A DNA stretch of 63,699 nucleotides, counting the filler, from Mitosporidium daphniae (Eukaryota): assembly GCF_000760515.2 (NCBI RefSeq). It is 3 parts of 3 records of this genome, joined end to end, with 100 filler letters (N's around TTAATTAATTAA, not from the genome) between each part and the next. Parts side by side here need not be neighbours in the genome. Positions count along the whole stretch, not along the records: positions 1 to 22,502 come from NW_013546144.1; 2 more parts are not named here. One strand, given 5' to 3'. Within the stretch, counting starts at the first letter, position 1; every line of letters begins with the position of its first letter. Positions 1 through 12,013 of this stretch are shown piece after piece. The notes under the pieces were generated by a model, which was given only the letters and a program-made list of their open reading frames with translations, was not told where the DNA came from and did not search any database. Position numbers and translations under genes: made by a program.

Positions 1-2
1 GT

Positions 3-350
3 TCATTCAGATCGGTTAATGGATTTAACGCAGAAGCCAGTCCACCGTCTGGTCCGGTCCCTAGTTCCCCATCTGATTCAGCTAGTAGCTCCCAATCTAC
101 CCATTTAGTTAAATACACACCAAATAGAAGATCTTCTCGCAGCAGGAGAAAGAGTGAATCCATAAAACCTCAGGATACTCCGTCAATTCAGAAAAGGGAT
201 AGTTTAAAAAAAAGGTCAGACGAAGGTAAAGTTGAGCGGACAAAATCATCTGATGCAGCTAAAAAAGAAAGTCCACGCTCCACGGTCAACTCTCCATCGC
301 CTCCCCCGCGCGGGAAAAGAAGGAGCATGTACCTTTTGCGTGGAGAATGA
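3..350 (+). CDS. 3' end of an unknown Ser/Pro/Lys-rich protein (5'-truncated by window edge)
   Basis: Open frame from base 3 to TGA 348-350 (SFRSVNGFNAEASPPSGP...RGKRRSMYLLRGE*); low complexity, no motif recognised. Confidence 0.5.
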   Translation, partial: SFRSVNGFNAEASPPSGPVPSSPSDSASSSQSTHLVKYTPNRRSSRSRRKSESIKPQDTPSIQKRDSLKKRSDEGKVERTKSSDAAKKESPRSTVNSPSPPPRGKRRSMYLLRGE

Positions 351-427
351 TTCAAAATTCCCCTCAACGCCATTTGGGATGTCAAAGTAAATTTTCAATT
401 TTTAAATCCCCCACAACGAACCAATTC

Positions 428-1976
428 ATGTTTCATTTCAAACATAAACACACTATTCAACCCAAGGAGAACACTGTGCCCCTTTATGGCCTTTCGTTTT
501 ATCCATCTTCAATAACTTCCTCCACCATAGCGCCTACTGATCCGCATCAGTTGCATATGTTTGCCGTAGTTGGGGGCCAAAGGGTATTTCATTAGTGCAT
601 ATGGCGTAGATTAGTATCCTATTGGCCTCCCATTCCCAAGCGATGCGAATAGTCGCAAAAATTAAGATAGATCAGCCGGAGGTGTCATAATTTCTCTTTT
701 CGTAGGAATCTCTGTATCGATCTGTGTTTTCTTTGAATGATCTCCAAAATCCCCTACTCGTGGTTGGCGGCGAATCTGGCTTGTTGCATGTAATTCAAAT
801 ATCCGGCGCTGGAAACAATGCAATGAAGCTCATGGTATATGCTTTTGTAATTTTTTATCGAGTCATTGGTCGGGCACGGAGATGCCATAAACGACCTCTG
901 TCGCCATCCCATCTTGCCGGACGTAATTTTCTCAGCATCGAAAGATAAGACATTAAGATGTTGGAATATCACCACGGGTCAACTGCTCGCTGTATTTGGG
1001 GGCCACGCTGGACACATCGATCAGGTTCTCACTTGCGTATGAATGTTGATGCTTTTTCAAGGATGCCAATGCGGAGGGGACCCTTTTGCTTTCTGGTGGG
1101 ATGGATCGGTATGTTAAAATCTGGGACATCTCATTTATCTTATCTGAGCGTGGGAAACCCCATAGTACCCGGCGAGAGGAGTTTCCTCTCTTCTCCAACA
1201 ACCAAATCCATGTTAGTTATGTCGATTGTGTCAAATGGCTTGGAGATATCTGCGTATCAAAAGGCATCTCAAAACACATCCGCTTCTGGCATCCAGATTC
1301 AGGGCCATGCGTGGAAGAGTGTGCAAAGCCCTCTAATGAATCTCGGAGGGAGCCTATGGGAAATTTATTCCACATACAAGCTTCCAAAATTATCGCATGT
1401 GAGAAAAGACCCTCGCCCATGACAATGGTTGCCAGTGCCACGCTTCCTAAAAGCAATACCCTTTGGTACATTCCTTTCTCAATTTCAGCATCTTTTCTTG
1501 TCGCAGGGACTGACAGCGGATCTGTTATTTTGTGGAAAATTCGAGATCTCATCACAAAGCGGCTTTTGTTTGAAGATCAAGATGAAAATGGGAGCTCTTC
1601 TTATGATGAGGAGCATGAGGAATTGGATGAAGAGGCTCCATCTACGATGCCAAATTTTGAGATCTATTTTCCCCAGGCTCCCTTGTCGTACTATGGCATC
1701 CCAGATGAAGACCAACATTTTGCCAACGAGAAAAGACTGATTGACAAGCTTATCGAAAATTCACCACCCAAACCGTCGTTAAGATATATTAGGCCATACA
1801 AATACTCGCCCAGCATTGAGCCGCAGATACTGATGCCTTTTTCAAAGCCTTTCCCCGTCAGAGGCGTACATATGAGCCCAGATGAAAGGTATGCCTCCAC
1901 TTTCAATTGTAGCTTTCTTGTCGCTATCTATCATGATGGAAGTATTATCCAATGGTGCTCTTCAGAAACACGCTAG
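428..1976 (+). CDS. EED: Polycomb PRC2 WD40 subunit EED/ESC/FIE, spliced
   Basis: Spliced translation gives PLYGLSFY, EESLYRS, GHGDAINDL, SASKDKTLRCWN, VFGGHAGHIDQVLT, LSGGMDRYVKIW, IHVSYVDCVKWLGD, TLWYIPFS; introns 584-609, 682-705, 835-862, 1037-1061, probably 1889-1912. Confidence 0.85.
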
Positions 1977-2142
1977 CCATCTGCAGCTTTCATACCCAAA
2001 AGATCGGCACACCAGCGATTATTTTCCGCTGAGCCTTCTGTATTTATGTTGGAGCGCGTAATAATTTCAGGTCTTTTGACGGTTTATTTAATAAATTGAA
2101 TTGCTTTAAAATTCACGGCAATTGAAATTTTATTTTCGTTTA

Positions 2143-2466
2143 ATGGCTCAACTGCAGGCCCCTATTGATCTGGTGAGCTTGGCCTTGGACGAATATGTCC
2201 TGGTAAAGTGCAAGTCTAATAGAGAAATTTCGGGCCGTCTTCACGTAACTATATGCACGGTAATGATAGGGCTTCGACCAACATATGAATCTCATACTTG
2301 CCGACGTCACAGAGACGCTTACATATTTAGAGACCAATCCAGAGACATTGGAGGACACCATCAAAGTGAAAATACCACTTTTAACCATGCGTAGATCATC
2401 AGCAGAGCTTTTGAGATGTTGTTTGTCAGGGGCGACGCTGTGATTTTAATTTCGCCCACCCAATAA
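2143..2466 (+). CDS. LSM3: Sm-like protein Lsm3
   Basis: PIDLVSLALDEYVLVK..REISGRLH|GFDQHMNLIL...|..MLFVRGDAVILISP; introns 2245-2269 and 2366-2394. Confidence 0.93.
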
Positions 2467-2490
2467 TAAAATTTTAAATTTTCATCGACG

Positions 2491-3411
2491 ATGAAAAGAG
2501 TTTCCACCCCAACTGGCGATGACGATGCCGATGCCGATGATGACCTTTTTACCTCCCTCTTCATGTCAAGAAGTGCATTTGCAGTAAAACGGCCAAAGAG
2601 ACCTTCTGAGCAGGATCAAGCTTTCCAGTTACCTCTACCACAGGTCCTCCCTTTCGATATTGAAACCGACCCAGAAAGTAGTGACGTGGAGATCGTTTGC
2701 CGACACGTAGAAAACTGTGGCCGTATTAAGGAGAATTCCTTATCATCCACCTCATCAGATGCTTCGATGCCGCTGGAAACGCCCACTTACTCAAATAACT
2801 TACCCATATCGGATCCGCAACCCTTGCCCGATCGATCGGAGATTTCCTCTGCATTGACGATGAATGTACTTGTGAAAATATTTCCTTCCCAGAGGCGTGT
2901 TTCGGAGGGATATCGCGTCTATGGTCCTTTTTCCTCAGTATCGATTTCTTTTAATTATTAGGAATCGACTGTTGAGGCTCTTCCCGCGCCGCCCGCCAAC
3001 AGTTTCTACATTTTTGATGGAATTCGGATAGTTTCTTGCACTAGGCTAGCCTCAATTCTTCCACTTTTTTCATCAGAACATGGGCCTGATCGAATAACGA
3101 TCGAGTTATTTAACGTTGAGTCAGAACCGGAGTCATGGGACGAGTATTCTCGCACCATTCGTTGTCTGACCTCAGAATCTGAATCAATATTCAAAAAATG
3201 GGATCACCTCAAATTCACCAAGGAGCAAAACAAAAGCCCTATCATCATTAGGGACATTTTACCTGAAAAGGAGACACTTGAAGACATTTTCACGCGGGAC
3301 TCTTATCCTCTTCCACAGCTTTTCAGATTTGATGGCGATGCTTTGGATCGTGGAACATTGATCTCAACATTAGGGCTCGAGGATGGCGATTCTGTTGAAA
3401 TTATCTATTGA
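2491..3411 (+). CDS. RENi family (Rad60/Esc2/NIP45) protein with C-terminal tandem SUMO-like domains
   Basis: Acidic disordered N-terminus with SIM-like DVEIV; after intron 2938-2961 two SUMO-like segments, FYIFDGIRI and FRFDGDALDRGTLISTLGLEDGDSVEI*. Confidence 0.7.
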
Positions 3412-3514
3412 TAGCTCGACCGTTGAGGCAAGTTTAATTGATTTATTTGCCATTGCATCATGTCGAATTTGCGCCCAAGAAAGTTTGGAAATTAACCCCG
3501 TATTTTTGCATGCT

Positions 3515-3757
3515 CTATGCAAGGTTTTGGCTGCGTTCTGCAAGAACAGTCGATATCCTTTCGAAGACCAGAAAATACTTGGAAACGCATCTGTCAAGGC
3601 ACACGGACTCCCCTTTGCTTAGCTCTGGGCCTGTTGATTCTTTGTAAGTGGAAGCACCGGCAGCTAGGCATTTTGATTTGCACTGAGCCACCATTCGCAT
3701 GTAGAGCATATCCATGATTTCAACTTGGCCCTTGAGTGCATTGAAGGCGTCGCTCAT
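3515..3757 (-). CDS. TIM10: Mitochondrial small Tim chaperone Tim10
   Basis: Twin CX3C (CKSKC...CLDRC) with ELSKGESVCLDRCVSKY signature. Confidence 0.93.
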   Translation of the reverse strand: MSDAFNALKGQVEIMDMLYMRMVAQCKSKCLAAGASTYKESTGPELSKGESVCLDRCVSKYFLVFERISTVLAERSQNLA

Positions 3758-3824
3758 TGGAAAATTAAATTAAAATGTTGACCAATTTACCAATTTTTTG
3801 GTGCCACTTTCAAATCGAAGACCA

Positions 3825-4466
3825 ATGTCGTATTACTCTTCAATTTACTTAAAGCTTGCAGAAACATTCGACAAACTTGCATCCAGCCCTGAGAGACTAA
3901 AGAGCCAGTGTGCTGCAATTTCGATTGAGCAACTAGATGATATCCTTGTGCTTTTAAAAAAGGCAACATATCCACCCGCTTCTAAAGACCTGGGCGGCTC
4001 TGCTCATCCCAAATGTCCTGGTCTATTTGACCCATCCGATTCCAAGTTTATTTTCTCTGAAGTAAAGAACAATGTAGATCAGGAAATTGTAGGAGCCAAT
4101 GCAGATGGTGGTAATCAGGCCCTCGAGGTTTTCACAAAAGACAAAGATCCTATTTCTAACGTTGTTGAACCTATGGAGGAGTGTGTTGGTAATGTTACAC
4201 CTGCACCTATGGAGACGTCTCTTGATAATGTCTCACATGCAGCTATGGAGGAGTCTCTTGATAATGTCACATCTGCGCCTATGGATCTTAATACTGAGAA
4301 AAGCAACAAGTCCCAGCTTGGGGCCCCTTTTTATACGCTTCCAACGCAAAGCTTGGCCTCCAAACCACTTCCGACATATGATTTCGGTTACATAGACAGC
4401 TTGGGAGCCAGAACAACATCGACATCATCTCATGAATGCACAGGCCTCCCTATTTATCTATTTTAA
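3825..4466 (+). CDS. Hypothetical protein with internal 12-aa repeat
   Basis: ~213-codon ORF divergent from TIM10; no recognised domain; 3' end may be spliced. Confidence 0.5.
   Translation: MSYYSSIYLKLAETFDKLASSPERLKSQCAAISIEQLDDILVLLKKATYPPASKDLGGSAHPKCPGLFDPSDSKFIFSEVKNNVDQEIVGANADGGNQALEVFTKDKDPISNVVEPMEECVGNVTPAPMETSLDNVSHAAMEESLDNVTSAPMDLNTEKSNKSQLGAPFYTLPTQSLASKPLPTYDFGYIDSLGARTTSTSSHECTGLPIYLF
4158..4286 (+). repeat. Coding 36-bp tandem repeat, ~3.5 copies (PMEESLDNVT-like)
   Basis: CTATGGA core recurs near 4170, 4206, 4242, 4278. Confidence 0.85.
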
Positions 4467-4529
4467 GATATTCACTTGTACAGATTGTGAATCATCTATG
4501 CCACCAAAATCCAATAAAACTTGGTTACT

Positions 4530-5300
4530 TTATTTGGGCCTGCATACAAATTCCTTTTCGAACGCCAAAATCGTTGTATTAGCTACCTCTTCAAGGGTGG
4601 GGCATCTGGAGCCTGTAGGAAGCTGTTCTTTGATAGAGGTAGCGTCCCATGTGATTCCTTTTTCAGAAAGTGGGCTGCCACAAGGTGGGAACCGCGTATA
4701 CCAGGATAGATCGGTGGACACATTTATGGAAAATCCATGGGAAGTCACCCATCGCGTGGTCGAAAATCCGATCGAGGAGATCTTTTGATTTCCATTGACC
4801 CACACACCAACTCTTTGCGAGGGGACACTCGACCCCTCAAAGGGGAGGGTCGAATCTATTCCGAAAGAAAGACACACACTACAGATGACCCGATGGAGCA
4901 TTGACACATATTTGTGAAGTGAGTTGATGTTAAGCATGTTCAGATCTAATATTGGATAGGCTACTAGCTGTCCAGGCCCATGGAACGTCATTTGACCACC
5001 TCTTGATGTCTATATGCGATGAAAATCAATCGAAGCACTTGCCTCTATGAACTCTGCTCCCGCATGTTCCACGGTCGCTTTTAGATTGGTATATGCGGGG
5101 CGGTTTTCGGGCAATATGGCTGCATAATGCTCCCTCCGCCCTACAGTTATAGTTGGATGGGTGAGCTCAAACAAAAGAAGCTCGCCGACTCGATGCCTAC
5201 GTGCGAGAACTGATCGCAAAACTTCGTTCTGGATTTGATCTATTGCCCTGTACGATGGCACCCTTCCCAAGAACCTAGCTTTGACAGATGATGGATTCAT
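4530..5300 (-). CDS. LIP2: Lipoyl(octanoyl) transferase LipB/Lip2
   Basis: RGGQMTFHGPGQLVAYPILDL, GVWV..KISSIG, TSHGFSINV, PCG motifs; 33-nt GC-AG intron 5010-5042. Confidence 0.93.
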
Positions 5301-5391
5301 CTTGTGGGACGTTGTTTTACAAAAATTAGCTAATTACTGCAAAATATTTGGATTCTTTATAAGAATTAAAAACAAAAGGGGCCACACAGAG

Positions 5392-5763
5392 CTACTTGGA
5401 GGGTGTGTTTGGGTTCATCTAAAATAAAATGGGTCAATTGCCGAAATCTTACTCTGACACGTCCCCCGACAGTTGCAACCTGAGCTACAAAGCGTCTGTT
5501 GTAGAGCATTCTCTTTTTGGCACGACCGGTGAGCTTTTTCTTTTTCTCTTGCTTCTCAACCTTGGGTGTCTGATTTTTGACTTTTCCCGAATGGGCTAAC
5601 GAACCGTGTTTTCTTCCCTATAAAGTAAGCATCGGACGCGAGCATAACAAGGGCGAAGAAATAGATAAGAATCGAGCCATAGCATGCTTTTGTGAGCATG
5701 CGCGAGCGTAGAAAAGGATGGATGGAATTTGATAACAAGAGGGTATCGGTTGGGCCTTACCAT
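5392..5763 (-). CDS. RPS30: 40S ribosomal protein eS30 (not in ORF track)
   Basis: Exons 5761-5763 (ATG), 5453-5617, 5392-5418 give [45 protein letters not shown]...MNPNTPSK*; introns 5618-5760 and 5419-5452. Confidence 0.95.
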
Positions 5764-5945
5764 TAAATGTCAAAGAGAATATTTAAATTCAACTTTTAAA
5801 TTTCGCAAATTTTTTCACCTGCCGCCATCAAACTTTATCTACAATCCGCAATAGAAATTGATGTCCATGTGGCCTTTGCATGATCAATGCACACGCATTC
5901 ACGCCATAATTTGGGATATAGAAACAAATAGCGCTCAAAAGAAAT

Positions 5946-7500
5946 ATGTTCTATTCGACCGACTTTCTTTTTTCAAAGAAAAACGAAGGATTATCCATCA
6001 TATGGTACTTGCCCGTGGTTTGCATAACTAGCTAGGCTGGCTGGGACACTTGGATCAAGAAATTTTGCCAAGAAATTGGCCAAAAAAGACTTTACAAAAA
6101 TCAATTTGGTCGAGACGTGTGAATATCTCCAAAATCCGCCTCAACCTCTCGCCTTAAGATTATCATCCAACCTTCTGTTGGGAATAATTAAGATTTACGA
6201 CCAACAGATGCATATTTTTTTTGGTATGGCGTGCTAACTTATCGTAGCTGATATCCAGCAATTCTGGAGTAGGATTAATATCTCTTTACCGGCTTCTTCT
6301 GTACGGCAACGGGATTCTGCACAAGCTTCTAAAAGCAAGAGGGACAAAATAACGATCCCACCTGTTGCGCCCCCCTCATCCCCTTTTTTAGACATTTTAT
6401 TTGCCCCTACCACCGAGGTATCTTAGTGGCATGTATCGATGTAGTTTGATCTTTTTCTTGGCAATGAGCCTTGGCAGCCGAGCACGCATTTATCTCCAGA
6501 AGCCTTTAGACAAAACTCGCTACTAAATTCATTTAGCAGTGACAAGGATTTTTCGAAATATTTATTGCCAAGCTCATCAAGTGGCGGGGAATCGCCGCTT
6601 TCTTGTATCCGGCACCCAAATAAGCACAACTCGTCCTCTAGCAGCTTCCTTAATTTTGAGGACTTTAACATGTATTTATGGAAGCCAGTCAACTCATCTA
6701 TTAGATCGTCTTTTGACTTTACAGAGGCAGATAAAGATTTGCCAGAGGTTTTCGATCCAAATGAAATTGTTTCCCAGTCGCCGACTTTTAAGGACCGCCT
6801 TCCTGATTTGCCAGTGGGACCTTTGCAAATTTCGTCCATCTTTACAGATCTCTCCGATTTCATTTCTGATCGCCATACGGCAGCTCCAGGTCAAAAGAAG
6901 CGAAAATCTCTATCACCGACTTCAAAGCGAAAGTTGCTTTTTGATCCAGAAACAGAATTGACTGCCGATTACTTGTCTTCCCTTATTAAAGATTCCGAAG
7001 CGCTGATTTGCCCTCATAAAATTTCCACCGTAAACCATATCCTATAATGACTAGGAAATCGAAAATAAGATATTGCGGATGGATAGTTTTCAACTTGGCA
7101 TTTGGAGCGCTGAATCTCCCTCGTCATATAATGTATTTTCATCGCTTGATGCCGATGACTGTCAGCGTTATGTTGATACCGCGAGTTCTCAAATACCCAT
7201 AACCAGCGCCCAACACATGGATTTCGAGGCCTGTCTCATCCAAGATGGCTTTGAGCACACTGAAATTATTCCTGCTGATCGGCGACATTCGCCTAAAGCC
7301 TTTTTCGAGAATATCAACTCTCCTACATTGTTTTCAAGCATATTTCCTGTCGCCTGCACAGGAAAAAAAAGGGCATCCACCTCCTTCTTCGAGATGTTGA
7401 GTAACCCCTGCTTGTTTTCATCATAGTTTTCTTGTCTGCTGGCAAGCTAGGCTGCACACAGACACACCCGCTTGGTCCAATTACGATCATCCCAATTTAG
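5946..7500 (+). CDS. REC8: Alpha-kleisin cohesin subunit, meiotic Rec8-type
   Basis: N-terminal MFYS...IIW|LAGTLGS...TCEYLQNPPQPLALRLSSNLLLGIIKIYDQQ; C-terminal winged helix KKRASTSFFEML...TQTHPLGPITI; ~5 short introns; WLAxTLG favours Rec8 over Rad21 (WLAAHW). Confidence 0.75.
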
Positions 7501-7637
7501 CCATAAGTGCACTTGAAAATTGGGTTACGAAGTTAATTTTAATATATAAAACCGCGAGCCATTTCAATTGGATGGATGCCACTACTTTTCATTTGACGCT
7601 GCACAGCTGTAAATTCAAATTTTATTTCCATTTGGAA

Positions 7638-9502
7638 ATGGTTTACGCTAATGGCTCTCCTAAACCCAACCAGCAACATACAAAGGAATTTTTACTGCAA
7701 CTTTACAGTGTAATTGCGGGAAATTCAAACACGCTGAACATGGTTTCCTTGGAAAACTTTGGCGACATGCTTCCGCGCTCGTATTGGAAACTCATTCTTA
7801 TCAGGTGTGGGTTGTTGGGTCAAATACATTCTTGGCCAAAAATTACCCCATTTTCTATTTTTGAGCCTGGTACAAAGGACCCGTGGATAGAATTTCTTTT
7901 CTCCCTAATCCAAAATGGCTCCCATCAAACGAAACTGGACATTTTCACTCCAGAATGCATTTCAACACTTCCGGTGTTTTCACAGTAAGGCTTGGATTTC
8001 TAATTGGAGATTACAAAATATCCTGACATCCACAGAGCACAAACACCAATCGAACAGTCTGAAGTATCCACAAATAGAATTGGATCAATCCATCGTTGGT
8101 GCTCGACGGTCACGAAATCGTTTGGGGATTAGCTCTTTATTAGATACGCGAACCTCTCAAATCCATAATTGCGAAAATGTAAGCTCAGCGCAACCAAAGG
8201 CTCTTTTTATTCCTCGACCAAAGGTGCCATCAAATCATCCAGACAGTGCTTTTACCGCTGATTTGGCAATACAAAAACCCTCCGTTAGAATTAATGCCAG
8301 AGATCCATCCTGGGCTGTAGATTTTCAATCTCCCCCTAGATTCCAAAATCACCAGTTGCCAAGCCCTGGTTCTCGCTTAGATTTGGAGAATTGCAGAATT
8401 TTAAATTTAGCTGAAAGACAAGCTGACAAAGCAATGAACATTGAAGTAAACAAGATCCAAAGACAAACAGCTCTTCAGAGGAGAGAACGTGCTCTCCACG
8501 CAAAACAGAAAAAAGGCTCCATAACAAAGGAAGCGATGATTTTGAAAGAAATTTCCTGCACAAAAGATGGCCTTGCACTTGCAAAAAGGGGAGACAAAAT
8601 GGCTTCACTGAAGGCAACGATGGACGTCATCCAGAAGGAAATTTTATCGAAAAAGAAAAGATCCATTACTTTAATTTATGTGGACTTGAGGAACATTTCC
8701 CCGTGCGTCCATCAAGAGCTTATTTGTCCTTGTGACGAGATTCTCTCGCAAGAATTTCCTTCCAATTTTCTCACGAAATTTAACGAGAATGGATGTTCTC
8801 TGCCAGTTGTGGACGAAAAGCAGACTTTTTATGGCAATTCTTCCCCTATTAAGCATCTTTCTAATGACGAAGACGACGACGAAGAAATCGATAGTGTATA
8901 TTCTTTATCTTCTAGCGAGGGTGACGGTGATGATGATTCGATCGACGAAAAACTGGATCGAGACGATGAGATATATGTTGAAAAGCCGGTTTTATCTCCA
9001 AAACTTAAAAGGAAACTGTCGCCCTCAAAATCGAAGACCAAAGTTTCAGAAGACATAGACAAAATCTTTGAAGGTTGCAATTTTGTTAGCTCCTCTTCTT
9101 CCCCTGCCACCGATCCCGGGGATAGTGAACGCCGCCGCCAACTTGTAGTTGACTTTTTTGAGGGAAAAAAGAGTAGCTTTTGAAATGTTAACTTTTAGTT
9201 CAAGTTACTGCGGAAAATAAGGACCTGTTTTTACCACAAACAGCTGGGATGGAAAGCCTCTACTTGGTCCTAGGTGAGAAACTTACAAAAGATTCTCTAT
9301 TGCAGGATATAACTTTCTTGGAGCTGACTCTATTGGAATTGAACGTCTCAACGGGTCATTGGAAAAGGGTGAAGAGGCGTATTTTGTTACCCAACAACTG
9401 AGACATTTGGAGAAGAAATTTTCTTCACATAATTTAAATTTTAATTCCAATGAATCATCATGGCCTGAACGATGTCGTTTAAATTTAATTAAATTTAATT
9501 AA
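7638..9502 (+). CDS. Hypothetical protein (coiled coil, acidic tract, possible C-terminal BRCT-like segment)
   Basis: ORFs 7572-7988 and 7915-9183 joined by 25-nt intron 7985-8009; two more short introns near 9174 and 9274 extend the frame; IFEGCNF resembles a BRCT first strand; 3' end uncertain. Confidence 0.45.
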
Positions 9503-9555
9503 GCTTCAAACTCTCCAATGGGATATTTTATTTGTAGCTTTCGTAAAATTTACAA

Positions 9556-10969
9556 ATGTCTTTGCCGCTGAATTTATCGGATACTAGAGGCAAACGGCAA
9601 AACATGAGCGGAACGCGTGAAAATAGCCCGGTCGATCCACAATTATTGAATATTCCAAGCAGATATTATCCATGCCCGATAATCTGTGATCCGATTTATC
9701 AGCCGGTCCCGTCACCCTCATATAGCCCATTATTTCCGGATTTTCAGTACGGGGATCAAATTTCGCTGAATTATCACCAGAACCAATTGGCTCCATGCCA
9801 CCACTGCCATAATAACCATGTTGCGTCTCCTTATCTTTTTTCGAACCAACAATACCATCCTTCCTTTCAAAACCTGACCCTGGATCAGTTTGAGCTATTC
9901 AATACCCTTGGGACAGGAACCTTTGGCAGGGTATATCTTTGCCGGTTTAGACAGCCATTTTCACCCCCAATTTCACCGGCCGCAGATATGCTCTATTCGC
10001 CAAATGGCAGACAATGCTCGAGCTCCGAATATCGGTTTCAGCACCAAGTCATCACAGATTCTTCCTTCTTTGCGCTCAAAATGATGTCCAAACGGGAGGT
10101 TTTACGGCTGAAGCAGCTTGAGCATGTTTTTTCGGAAAAGACGATTCTTTTATCGTGCTCGCATCCTTTTATCATCCACTTGCATTCAACTTTTCAAAAC
10201 CAAAAATATCTGTTCATGCTGTTGGAGTATGGCTCTGGCGGAGAGTTATTTTCATATTTAAAGAAATACGGCAGATTTTCTCTGCCGGTGACCCGCTTTT
10301 ATGCCGCCGAGTTGGTCCTGGCGTTGGAATACCTGCACTCTCGAAACATTGTGTTTCGGGACTTGAAGCCAGAAAACCTTCTTCTAGATGCACTGGGACA
10401 CATTAAGATCGCAGATTTTGGCTTTGCAAAAGCACTCTTCGAATCAATGTATGATTTGCTGACAAATTTTAATTGATTTTAGGACTTGGACCCTTTGTGG
10501 CACTCCCGAATATTTAGCACCTGAAATCATCCAGGGCCAGGGCCACTCAAAAGAGGTTGATTGGTGGGCCCTTGGAATTCTCATTTATGAGATGCTTGTG
10601 GGATTTCCCCCGTTCTACGATTCAAACCCATTTCAGATTTACGAAAAAATTTTGCTCGGAAACATTGCATTCCCGGAGTGGATTGATCTTGACACCAGGT
10701 TGTTTATTTCTCATCTTCTCAATGCAGACAGAAAAGAAAGATTGGGGTCTTCCCTCTCCACAGGAGGCTCAAACGATGTCAAAAAGCATCCCTGGTTTAC
10801 GGGGGTCGATTGGAATGCTATCTATTGGCGGCGGATCCCACCGCCAATAAGGCCCGCTTTGAGCTTTCCAGGCGACTCTGCGAATTTTGAGCGGTATCCA
10901 GAAATTAGACCCGAACCTATACCTTCTTGGGAAGTAGATCCCTATCAACACCTTTTTGACGGATTTTAG
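9556..10969 (+). CDS. cAMP-dependent protein kinase catalytic subunit (PKA-C/PRKX-like)
   Basis: LGTGTFGRV, RDLKPEN, DFGFAK, TWTLCGTPEY after intron 10449-10482, terminal FDGF motif. Confidence 0.92.
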
Positions 10970-11080
10970 ATACTTTATCAGCTGAGAAAGGGGATATCTC
11001 AAGTTATGCTGCCATACTGCAATACATTGGCCTTTTTGGTGTTCCGATGGCACATTTGAAAATTAAATTTTTTTAAATTA

Positions 11081-11997
11081 ATGGTGGCATTTGAAGGAAA
11101 CAGATGCCTTCTTTCAAAAGAGGCCGTGTGGGATCATAATTCATGGGACAATGTTCCATGGTGCCCGGAACAGCTCCAGCAAGCAAAGAACATTGTTGCC
11201 GCTCACAAAGCCAACGGGGATTCTGCTAACTGCGACCCCTGGCTATCTTCCAAATGGGACAAGTTTTATACCAACAATTCACGAAACTTTTTCAAAGATC
11301 GAAACTGGTATGAACATGAGCTTTCTTCACTGTTTCAATCGCCGGGATCAGAGCCTTACCATATTCTTGAAATTGGCTGCGGTAGCGGAAGCTCGATCTT
11401 TCCCCTTTTATCGGGAACATGTAACTCTGTATTTATCGATGCGTGTGATTTTTCGCCCGTTGCTGTTGGTCTTGTACAGGTAAGGAAATCAGGTCAGCTA
11501 AGCATAGTCCGACGAGCGGTTTGATCCCAAAAGGTGCAATGTGTTTTGCCATGACATCTCTGATGCGTGTACGCCGCTCCCGATACAAAACGAGTCTGTC
11601 GATCTGGTCCTTATGGTGTTTGTGCTTTCTGCAATCCCAAGGAAACTCATGGAGGTTGCCATAGAAAAGGCGTTGAAGGTAACTACTAGGGGCCATGTTT
11701 TACCGGTAGACCTTGAAGCCTGGTGGTCGAATTTTCGTCAGGGATTATGGACTATACGATTTGGCGCAGCTGCGGATGCCATCGGGAAATTGGATTCAGG
11801 GACATCAATACAAACGAGGAGACAATACTCTTACGTACTTTTTTACCACAGATNAATTGTCCGATTTGGTTCTGAAAAATCCCAACTACCCCATGCAAAT
11901 CCAGGAGGTCAAGGAGGACAGGCGTCTATTGGTGAACAGAAAGCGTCAGCTGCAAATGTATAGGGTATGGATTCAAGGGATATTTTATAAACTTTAA
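11081..11997 (+). CDS. tRNA m3C methyltransferase (METTL2/6, Trm140 family)
   Basis: HNSWDNVPW, WDKFY..NFFKDRNW, LEIGCGSG, CDFS, KPGG...RDYGLYDLAQLR, VNRKRQLQMYRVWIQ; introns near 11480 and 11679-11709. Confidence 0.92.
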
Positions 11998-12013
11998 ATT
12001 TTACGAATAACGG

